This document shows, one piece after another, positions 39,651-51,404 of a stretch of DNA of 64,000 nucleotides (the first letter of the stretch is position 1; every line of letters starts with the position of its first letter). The notes under the pieces are model-generated. The model did not search any database, was not told where the DNA came from, and saw only the letters and a list, made by a program, of their open reading frames with translations. The position numbers were made by a program, and so were the translations under genes. This DNA is from Diadema antillarum (taxonomy: Eukaryota), in NCBI RefSeq assembly GCF_040938485.1, contig NW_027271543.1:744001-808000 (forward strand). The letters run 5' to 3'.

Positions 39651-42449
39651 GTAGGTAGAAGTCTGATGTTTGAATGTATTGTTCATTTCTTTCACTATCA
39701 TACTCATCGAGTCATATCTTATCGCCTTATTTCCATCTCTTTGCTGGCTTTGCTGTTCCGTTTTGTATTTTCGGTCTCATTGGCCAAACTGTAAAAAACG
39801 AGCGAAGACGTCGAAGAAATTTGCAAAATCTTCCATAATCACCTTGCGCATATTAAAACTAGCTTGTTTAGTTAAAGTTCAGTTCGTTTTCAATCATCAA
39901 TAGGGCTACATATTCATATTTCAGGAGTCACATCCGAATGGTGTTGACGACATTTTGTGTATAAGTGCACGTGAGTGTGTGTTAGTAACACTACTGTGTG
40001 TTGTTGTTGTTGCCTTCTTTATTATCACATTTTGTTGAAAATCGGCTTAAGGTGAATGGGAAATGCTTGTGTATTTGAAAAGATGCGGATTAACATTCGT
40101 GATCTGCTTCATCTGATTTATTTCTTGGAAGAAAGTGAAAATGCTGGATGTTTAGTTCAAAAAGTCAGAGCAAAACGCGCTACACCTTAAATGTATAAAA
40201 AGATTACACTGCATCATGATTTTAACGGGATTTTAGAGGGAAGTACTCATAATGCAAGAGAGAGAGGGAGAGATGTAACTATTGCGGTGGGTCTTATTTT
40301 GCAAAGTACTGTCGAGCTAAATGGCAATTAGGATATGTCAAATCAACAATGACGAGTACATAAAAAATAGTAACGACACCAACACAACGGATAATGATTA
40401 GTCCTTCATTGGGTGAGTTGCATACAAACCCCTTCCCTCTCCCCTCACCCCATCCCCCCCCCCCCCCCATAATTACAAGTGGAAGAAATCCGTTGTTCGC
40501 AGGTTTGTGCCGAAAGCTGGCGCTTTGTCCAACGTTTTGCTTTCGTTAACCGTCACCTAAATTGTTCTCCTTTCACGATCCCATCTTTTTTTTTTTTTTT
40601 GGTCTTCTTTTTCAACTTCAACTATATAGGGCCTATTATGACGGATACACTTAAGACTATATCACGCACGCATACAAACACATGGACATTTTCAATTCAA
40701 TTTGAATGAAATTCTATTTCCAATAACACATGTTTGTTGTCGATACAGATTCAAAGAAAAACGCAACGTAAAAAGTATTATATACCCCCCCCCCAAAAAA
40801 AAAAAGAAGCATATGTTATGGAATTAATAGTTCAAAATAATTGTGTTCACGGAAAAGAGGGCCCCACGTATGCCGGGGTGTCCGTGTTATTGACTTGGCA
40901 AAGCCCTATGGGCGAAAATTCGTCAAAACTACGTCTCTCACGGAGTTTTTATATTGAACTACTGTTGTGAATTTATATATATATATATATATAATTTCTC
41001 AATAGAGTTTTAGCGATGATTCAAGTATCAAAGGGAGCAAAAGACCCAAATTAGGAAAATTGACGGGTTTCCAACTTTGATGGGAATTATTTACTAGTTG
41101 AGACTCGCTTAAAGTTTACAATGTCAAGAACACGTCAAAGAGTACACAAACTTCATTCAAATCATGTTTCCTGGCCATCGGGCCATTGATCATTTTTACC
41201 AAAAAAAAAAAAGAAAAAATGTATAGCTTTTCAGGAAAAATTACTCTCTATATTTTTGCATCTAAAAATTCTGCAACAATCATCAAGTACGTGTTAAATA
41301 CCATAGGTGAAAAATCATAAAACCGCCAACAAGAATAAGATTATTATAAAATCATGACATATAAAAAAAAAGTATATTCAAATATTGAATGTGCAAAGTG
41401 CGCAACTATATACACTTGTAGCAAGAAGACAAAATAATAACGTTACTTAGCACAAGAAAGTGTGTCCATGACATTGACAAGAGGCACAATGACGTCAAGT
41501 CACCGGAACATTTTAATTCATTTATGAAAAATGCAGAGTGCAATTTTTACACATGGAAGTGCATAATTCTTGCGAAGCAGAAATGATTTTTTATTTAGTG
41601 GTAGGTAGTATTCAATTACCTCGCTTAAAACGCATTTGTTCCAGTTTACTGATGCTTTTCACACTGTGATGTGAAGTGGAGAAACATAAATTCATTTTCC
41701 ATATCTTCTAATTCCTTTTCTCTATCAGCGGAAATTCGGCTACATATGCAGTTGATTGTGCACTTTCAAAAACTGAACAAACGAATGACCTATGTTTCTG
41801 TCCATAGCACGTGCTTCCCTATCACGTCAAATATTTGAACAATTTATTTAGTACCTTCCCCTTCTTCTGATTTCTTGTTCATAAAAGTACGAGTCACCCC
41901 GAATAGATGAGAATTTTGTTTAAAATTACACATGCGCAGCACAAAGGGGTTACCCGAAAAAGGAGTGCAATAAAAGTATTTGCTATCTAGATATGATAAC
42001 GCGACTGATATCACGCCGTCGAGCGTCGCTCACCCTGGGTTTTCATTAAAGTGCAATGAATAGAAATCCGATTATTGGTTCTTGGACATGAAAACACATT
42101 GGACTATCCCTCCCGTTTGCTCATCTAACAGAGCTTACGAGATTCTAACGGTGTTTATTATGTAATAGGTTAAAAAACGTCACGTCTCTGTAGTGACTGC
42201 CGCATATACGCCCTTTGGCAATCCAAGTCTAACTAGGACATTCCAGGCAGCAAACATGTTTTTATTACTGCTGCTGCTCCGGGGTGGTCGTTGTTTGAGA
42301 CAATGATAAACAGAGAAATCATTATGAAAAATTCATACCGTCTTTGGCTACCATGGTTTGCGAATATGGACCGCGGTGAGATTGGATGAGTCGAAAAGCT
42401 GTCTATAGCACAAAGAGAATACCAACCAACACACACCGAAAGTGCAAAC

Positions 42450-42603
42450 NNNNNNNNNNNNNNNNNNNNNNNNNNNNNNNNNNNNNNNNNNNNNNNNNNN
42501 NNNNNNNNNNNNNNNNNNNNNNNNNNNNNNNNNNNNNNNNNNNNNNNNNNNNNNNNNNNNNNNNNNNNNNNNNNNNNNNNNNNNNNNNNNNNNNNNNNNN
42601 NNN
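42450..42603. other. Assembly gap (154 N)
   Basis: N run. Confidence 1.
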
Positions 42604-45600
42604 CCACATCACAGACTCTGTAAATCATTTGACAAAGGGCAAGGTGCCCTAAAACTTGTGAAATGAAAATAAATTGATGGTGTTCTATGCGGTATGATAA
42701 GTTTCCGGAGTAGAAGCGCTTTGTTCTCTTGCTATCCCTAATCCTAAAGGAAAAGCGAGGAGAAAAAACAAAATGGAGTGGGGAAGGAGTTTTGTTGTTG
42801 TTGTTGCTTTTTCACATCTTTCATGAGCCCTCCATTTCAGGGAATCTTCTCTTGAATTGTTGTTTGATTTATACACATATAGGTAATTTTCAAGAAAATA
42901 ATCAGTACGATATCGACAATCCTGCTGTGAGTGGTTGATGTATTGTAGTAATCATTCTTGGGAGGGGATTGAAAAAATATCATACTGTAGTCTAGTAAAA
43001 TACATTTTTATGATTCCCTAAAATCTACGTGTTTGTATTTCATAGGTGAATTTGTATTCTCACCTGCTCTCGACTGACATCTGATATGAATACTGATGGA
43101 TGATGTTACTATCAATTAAATTACCATTCGCCTATCCCAGTGCGGAAATTGAAGGCAGTCAAGCATATACTTCTGGTTTGTGAAAAATTAAACAATAAAC
43201 TTTGCATGTTATTCAGAGTCATGTGAATGTTTCCCACTTATTATGACCAACGAACTTTTAGAATTTTGCGTCTAACACGTGAGATAAAAAGGAATATGAC
43301 CCGCTAACTTTTTTTTTCCTTTTTACGTTTTGCGTGACGACCTGTGTGTCTCAGTGTATAACGTTGTTTTATTACCATTCCTTGTACACATGGCTCAATA
43401 AATAGTGTGTATACGTTACATTGTTATGTTATTCTAAGGTTACATGTTCTGGCACTTTAAAACAAGTACTGTTTACGATATGCTTTATATCATTAGCATC
43501 TTATAGGTATTGCTATCGGATAAGTTTTACTTTTGTTATTGGTATTTTGTTCTTATAAGTAGGTCAATCTTCATTAGATTTTTATATACATTTTTAAGCA
43601 TTGCAAAGTGTGCGTTGTTCTCTCGTTATATAGTCATCCGTATATACATTTTGTATCATTTATTCATGACTTGTACTTTTTTTCAAATTGTTTAACAAAA
43701 TGAATTGACAAAAGCATACTTTGTATTATGTATTACTTTTTTGTTTGATGGAAAGAACGTATAATTGAATTGAACTGAATTAAACTGAACTTCATACTGC
43801 AATCCACTAAGCGGCAAGGATAGTGTGTAGTAAGCTGTCGAGCCGACTCTTCTTCGCCTCTCACTTTCAATGAGGTCAAAATCCATTTCCAGATTCGAAA
43901 GATGTCCACATAATTACAATACCAGCTGCAACCGTTTAGGAAAAAACTACCAAAATAGTTTGACTATAACGACATGGAATAAACACAGTCTATACTAAGA
44001 CGGCAGGAAAATCAGCCTGTCGGTAGTAATGCAGGAGTATGATTGCTTCAATCTGGGTGGAAGAAACTTGCAAGAATAAGGGGGAAAAAAAACCCTCCCA
44101 CATCTGTGAAATATCAATTTGCAGCCAAGCGTTCAGATGGCCGCGCGATTTCAAAATATGTTATAAAGTCATTAGTCACAGTAAATAAGTGACTCTATTT
44201 ATCAAACAGGGGTTGTCTGTGTAAATTTCGTGCAAGGTTGTCACAGTGTCCCTCGCTGCAGCGGGAATTTAGACCAACATATGTCCGTTACGATTCACGG
44301 CTCTGCGAGCGCAGAATTATCTTTTGGTCCTAGCGTCGCCGCTCACCACGGCACGGCGCGATCCGCCGATACAGCGCGCTGTTTTCATCAAATTGATTAT
44401 TACTATTCATTAGCCGCTTGCTCACTTCATGCGCTCATAAACTGGATCCCACAGAGCGTTGTTTCACGGCTAGTGATTTTCCCTTCTACCCCTTCTAAGA
44501 TTTCGTGGCCTTCCTTCTCAAAATCTTCCTATTTTGTCTTCATCTCTATAGCTTCCTTCACCACATTCAGTGCCGTAGCACCTTTTTTTGTGTGTGCTTG
44601 TGTGATTTTGTTTTTAGGGGTTCGAGTAAATCCAGATCAACTCTTACTTCTCTTTCCCTTCCGCTTCCTTTTCGTCCTCCTCCTTCTTCTCCTCCTTCTC
44701 ATTTTGATCAGCAGCAGTGATATCAAGGATCACATCATCGCCAGCAACATCACTAGCACTTTTAATCTTTAAAAACGTTGTCATTCTGTTTGTCAATACG
44801 TATAGTTGGGGGGGGGGTGTTTTCATTGTTTTCATTGTATTTGTGCATAATTGTTTTATCGTAATTGTAAAATATACATTCATGATGAGGTAAGACAAGA
44901 GTAATAACGACTGGTGTTATGAAACTGTTCATGTTATTTTATCATAATCATCATCGTCGTCGAAATATGACGAAGGTGGAATCTTTTTCACTTTAATTTT
45001 TTCCCTGTTCTCATTCTAATTTAGGAAATATTTTGAAATATGCTCACTATAGCTTGAAAGGCCTAATTTATCTTCTTTTTTTTAAATCCCTTTTCGCTAT
45101 TCACTTTCGTTCAGAATACCGGAATCTGGGAAATTACATTTGCTTTTAGGTAAAGCACATAGTACACAAATTGTATCAAAATAAGTGGTGAAGCACAAAA
45201 TGGTGCTATAAGAATGTCACAGATTTGTCACATTTCTCTGAATTGTCCACATTTTCCTTTTACTGCTCATCTTCAGGATTTGACATATTTTACAGAACTT
45301 CTTTTGACGTCACATATATCACTTCTTCTTGATTTCTTCTCTACGCGTTTAATTAGAAATACATCTGCAACCATCTCTCTTTTATCCCTCTCACTTCCCC
45401 TTCTCTCTTTCTCCTCTCTCCTTCTTTCACGCTTGTCAGCAAAAACCAGCAATCTTCTATAGTTTTTCAGGTGTAAAAAATGCTTATCATACAATCCAGA
45501 TATCCAGACAATACTTTTATTCCTTCGTCGTTTAATTTCTAAAGAAGCCAGTTAATATTTGATCAAGTCGTAATCTATCATGCGAAAATTGCACAGAGTC

Positions 45601-48520
45601 AGTTGTTTGATTCTTTGATCACTGGTATTTCTTCCATTCACTGGTAATTGCCACAATTGTCGTTCGCAATCCATTTTTGGTCAAAAATTTAGTGTTCCCC
45701 CGAAAAACTTTCCTTGTCTACAGAAAACGACATGTAATACGACTTTGATTTGATTCTCATCTCGACAGTGTCATTACTCGGTTTCTAATACGATTCACAT
45801 TAAACGGGAGAACTCTGACAAGATTAATTTGTTTTTTACATTGGCTTGTCACGCATCAAATCGTGATATTCAAACTTATGAGACTGAAACTCACAGTTTT
45901 CCCCCTCGTATCAGCCCGCCCCTTTGTTCACGATGTTTAGACGACAAACTTCCTTCTATCTCCGAATATAAATACAAACGAAGATCTAAACAGGAGGGCC
46001 GAGCTTCGGGAGTAATTGTATATATCCGTTGTATACATTTCTACTTTATTACCGCATTGTGTGGGCGTCAGTTATTGAGCAAATTAATAAGTTGGTAGTT
46101 TGACAAGTTAATTATCTGCCGTGACAGGCGGGTTCGCTCTGCTGGCTGCCCGTGTGAGCTTCCCCTGGTTCCTCAGCAAATAAAGAAACTGCTCGAGTGT
46201 GGAGAGGGATGCGAAGAAGAGATTGAGAAATCAAAGAGAGGAGATCAAGAATAAGACAAATGGAAACGCTTAGCTGGAGCGCATCCGACAGGAGCGTGGG
46301 CTTATTGAATTCTGAGCTGCAGCGAAGCACGGGCATAATTCTTCTCGGATTAGACAATTGAAAGGAGAAACGAAGTAGCACATAGTAATCACTGGTTTAT
46401 AAAATATGATTCCCTAAAGGCATCGGGGTGGGAGGAGGAAGACGGGGAAAGAAAAGGGTTGGGGAGAGTAATAATTAATAGAGAACATTTGGATTGAATG
46501 AGCGATTGTTGACATGAAACGTCCGAAGACGGACATGTGTTTGAGTTAGCTTTGGGTAGTGGCGCGGTTGTGTAAATGATGGAAGGATCTAGGAGAAAAG
46601 GAACATTGCTAGTTAAAGGGGTTCGTTTTGACTCAAATCTGACTGCCGCTGAGAAAGGGCATAATGATATTTATGACTGTCCTGTGGACTCTTAAATGGC
46701 ATAGCTTGAAGGAGATTAATAAAAGTGACACGTTGATTTAAGTTTGCCCCGTCCCGCTGAATGCCACTGTTTCCATGGCTCGGAAGTTTGCCTACTGAAT
46801 TAAGTCAGATGGCGGAAGATATTTCTAGTTTTCCAATCCACTTTCAGCCCGCAGAGATGGTAATCTGCAATTTATAGCAATAATGATTAATCACCCCGCC
46901 CATGGCACGGGTAGCAATTGAAAGCCTAAGTAACGATGTACTTCCCTGTACACCGCATTTCCTGTGTTTATTGTTTTCAGGGTTTCGGCATTTCCATTTC
47001 ATTTTGATATTGTCAGCGCGCAAGCGCCATTGTGTATTTTCTTAATTGCATTATTAGGGAAAATTATGTTTTTCAACGCACGTATAACAAAGCTATTAAA
47101 AATTGTTTTAAGTTATTTCCTCGTGTGCATGAACAGCTACCAGTCTGACTACAAAAGGAATTTGATGTTGTATTGAGATTACGCTACAAAGATATTTCAA
47201 TATAATACTTCAATGCATAAGATTGTTTTTTCGAATCAAATGAGAAACAAAAATACGTTACACATTAGTGTACTGTATCTGGATTAAAAATCTTGGTGTA
47301 TTTGTATCCCCCTTCATATCTTTGTATTTACTGTCAATTGCTGTTTTCGGAGGATTTGAAGTGTTTGAACAATTGCAGAAGACAGACAGGTTGGCGATAA
47401 CAGATCAGCGTTGAACACTTTGTAAATACGGGGAACGTATCACTTCGTAATAATTATGCGGGGACTAATGTATTAAAAGGAAGTCACTTTCTTTTAGTTT
47501 CCTATTGTTTCATATGATATCACATTGATGATAACAATGATTGATTAACGTTAATTTGTCTTGTAGCCTTATGATTGAAATAAACTGGACTGAAACTGAA
47601 ACTAAAACTCGTGAACGAGAAATAGGAACGTGCGTCTGCACCGTTTTAGACATTTCATTTGAGTTGAATTGGTTTCTGCATCAGAAAAATAACATGCTTG
47701 ATAATATAAAACGAGATAAGTATATGATATTAAACTGCATGTAACATCCCTCAATAATTGATTGAAGGAATACATAAATTATAATTATAAAATCGTAATC
47801 TAAACAGAGAGAAGTTGCGAAAATGTAGGAAATCTCAGTCTTACCCTGTCGCTTTACACGTGCCCTCTCAAAACAAATTCTGTAATAATGATATTGTCCA
47901 TAGAAAATGACATCGGAAGTGACATCAGCTGATGTCCATACGGGATATTCATCCATGATTATAAAACAGTGACGTTAAATGAACATAGTGATAAGCATTG
48001 TGCAAGGTAAAGTGATCATGTTGGTCACTAAATCGCTTTCATGTTTGGATATCCATTATGCTTTTACCACGACATACTATGGATATCAGTATAATCTACA
48101 GACTAAAAGTTATCACTTTCGCTTCTTCCTTTTCAAACTCCCCATTTATACTTTACATTGTATATATCGGTCATGATCTTTCTTTCTTTTAGAAAACGAG
48201 AAAACGAGGGCTTGTACTTATGTGATTAATTGCCAACTCCTTTCGATTTCTCCAGATGTCGAATTCCCTTTATCTTTGATAACACATATTTCTTTAGAAG
48301 TAAATTAGTTGATTCTTTAGACTCGCGGTGGAGGTATTCCCTGCTCAGACTACCTTGTGACAGACAGATTGTTGAAGGTCATGGACCCGGGGAAGGCAAA
48401 CACCCCCCCCCCCCCACCCTCCCCGGCACCTTCTCACCTCCCAGTAGCCTGCAGACAACAAGTCCATCAGACCGACTGCTGACGAACTTGACTTCTGTCT
48501 TCATGGAAAATAAGCTTACA

Positions 48521-48700
48521 GTTCGTCATCCCGAAGATTTATTAGTCAGAAAATGAGATAAGTTTCGCTAATTCGAAGGTTTGTTGATCCGAAATTGAAA
48601 CAAGGTTCCCAATTCCGAAGGTTCGTTAGTCCGCAAAATCTTCTTAATAAACGTTTTTTTTTTTCTATTTTCGAATTAACGACCCTTCGGAATAATGAAC
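48521..48700. mobile_element. Degenerate foldback/MITE-type remnant with modular subterminal repeats
   Basis: Three diverged direct copies of a unit resembling GTTCGTTATTCCGAAGGTTCGTTAGTCCGAA (about 48521, 48562 and 48605) face one inverted copy (48670-48700). Confidence 0.55.
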
Positions 48701-49507
48701 ATCTCCTGAAAATAAGGCGGAAGAGGAAACCGAAACAGAAGACGGGGTATATTAAATCCGATGCACACTACCTATCGAAGATTATCAGTTTCAACGAAGC
48801 AGTTTTGTTTTTCGCACGACAATCCGAAATTTTCTAGCACTCATCTTCATGATATTGATCATTCGCAAAGATAAACTCTGTGCATATGATAATACTGTTT
48901 GCATAATAACGTGTTGTTTAAAGTAGAAAACATCTATTCTTGAGCTGCATGGCTTGAGATTATTCTTGTAAGGTTGTTGTGTATAGTTCCTCAAAAAGAG
49001 AAAACTATACACTCCGTTGTTTGAAAACGATTTGGAATTGCTTATGATATGACAATTACACAAAGGGGGAAAAGGAGAGCGAAATGTTGCAAATAGTATC
49101 ATGGACTGCAAAATTGTACTCAGGCAGTGTAAGGTTATAGGTTCGGAGGTCAGGACTCAATTAACAAAAACATGTCATTCCCGCGGATTTTGTGTTTATC
49201 TAATAAAATCATTGTGTAGTATTTACCGGATTATCATCAGAAACACGTCTTTCAACAAAGACCTGTAATCACGCACATTTAATCTTAACCAATAATTGAG
49301 CAATTTTTGAAGATCAAGGAATCATTGCTTGATTGAATGATTTCAATTAACTTCCTTGACTTACTTGACTTAAGTCGGGTAGTATTCCCGAGATCCACAG
49401 ATGATGTCCTTTCAGTGTTCTCTGTTTTCCATTACACTCGCTATAGACGTCCTTCGTGTCTTGGAGTCCAGATTTGATCAAGTACTTTTCATTACAGACA
49501 TGTGACT

Positions 49508-49671
49508 NNNNNNNNNNNNNNNNNNNNNNNNNNNNNNNNNNNNNNNNNNNNNNNNNNNNNNNNNNNNNNNNNNNNNNNNNNNNNNNNNNNNNNNNNNNNN
49601 NNNNNNNNNNNNNNNNNNNNNNNNNNNNNNNNNNNNNNNNNNNNNNNNNNNNNNNNNNNNNNNNNNNNNNN
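49508..49671. other. Assembly gap (164 N)
   Basis: N run. Confidence 1.
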
Positions 49672-51342
49672 AACAATTACAACACATATACACACACATG
49701 TACACGCAACACAATCTTACGCTGATGTGAAAGTATTTTCAGGGGGAAATGCTTTCTACGTATACCTGAGTGCATAATATGCATTATACCATAATCCCAA
49801 CACCTTTCACCTTTATATCTTACCATGCTTTACAGAAATCACAGAGAGTAATCCAAAGACTTAAACTGGATTTAACAAGTAAATAATCAGGAGACAGGTC
49901 GTTATCGCCGTCATAAAAATTGATTCATTCATCGAGAAGTTTTAATTTAGATTTGAGTTAACTCACATTGTATCGTGGACGTTTTAAAGAGCTAAACCGA
50001 TTCATCGAAGCAGACCATAAACCGCCCCCTCTACTGCGGGCAAATTGCTCTCCGTTCAGTAAAAATCACGGATATGACTACAATCAACAACAACTGAAAC
50101 AGGCAAATAGATGAAAGGACCAAGAAAAAAAAGGCCAGACCTCCACGCTTTCATAAATTATCCGAAAAAGCCATTTATGCGCGCAACTGAGAGGACTTTT
50201 CATGGTCGTTTTTCATCGGACAGAATTAATAAAGGTAGCGACTATTCTGGGGTGGCGGTCATGCTTGGCTGGCCCACACAGATGCGTGCCCGCCAGACTT
50301 CTTTCAATATTGAAAGTTCGTCCTCTGCGGTTTTTATCCAGATAGACATTGCCGAATAGCAGGCAATGGCAGGCGAATCGTGGACGTAGCACCTTTTGCA
50401 CTGTTCTGTCAAAGGCGACTAGACCCTACTATAGGGGAAATTTGTTTAAATGAATATTTACCTAATAACATCTTGATATCTACCAACAATCCTAAACACA
50501 AGTCACTTCAAAGTCTGCATACAGCTTTGGTGATAGGGCATTTTTTTTCCAGGACTCGCAGAAATTGATAAACCTGCTGCAAATATTCTTTAGAAACATA
50601 AAAGCATATATGCTGTGTTGGATATATGCGGCCGATGATATTGTCTTTGTTTGACAATGCTCATGAGTAAACATGCCAGATGTTGATAATGACATTATGA
50701 ATAACTGCAGTGAAAACACTATTGATATATGGCAGTAAATAGTAATGTTGGAATTCGTTTGCCAATCTAACCTCATAGCAATTTTTCTTCCCAAACCTTC
50801 ACTCTAAAAAACAAAAATCAATCAATCAATCAATTTTGCCTTTTTACCAGTGTCACACTGGGAGCACCATTAAAGGTGCAGCTTCTCACCTTTCTGGTCT
50901 TTCAGTGCACCCGAAAAGGTGCTTCCAAAGTGGCACTATTTTTCATTTTAGAATTCAAACACTGATGAATAGGCCAGCCATAATTATTTCTCGTTCACAT
51001 TAACCTGGCAAATTTGATGCATCTATCATGAGGTAGACATCTAAGACTAACACAGTTGAACTTGGAAGTCACGATGACAGTCCATGGATTCGAATTCAAT
51101 TTGCCCAAGGGCAATAGCACTTAATCACGATATTCCAGTTATTTGCATCGAGTGAGATTTTTCACCTTTATAAAGGATCACGCTAACTCAGAGTTATATG
51201 AATCATACTTATACATAATCTAAATACAAATATAATTTTTTTATGAATATAATATATTCATTATATGCCATTAATTGTGTGTTTATATTATGATATACAT
51301 ACGTATAAATTATATTCATATATCTATGTGTACATGAATGAC

Positions 51343-51404
51343 TCTCTCTCTCTCTCTCTCTCTGTGCTTGTGTGTGTGTGTATGTGTGTGTGTGTGTGTG
51401 TGTG
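51343..51404. repeat. Compound (TC)n-(TG)n microsatellite
   Basis: Direct reading. Confidence 0.9.

Noticed and set aside
44230-44772. 180-aa ORF
   Set aside because: It stays open because of a GC-rich island followed by CT-rich low complexity, and it resembles no protein I recognise.
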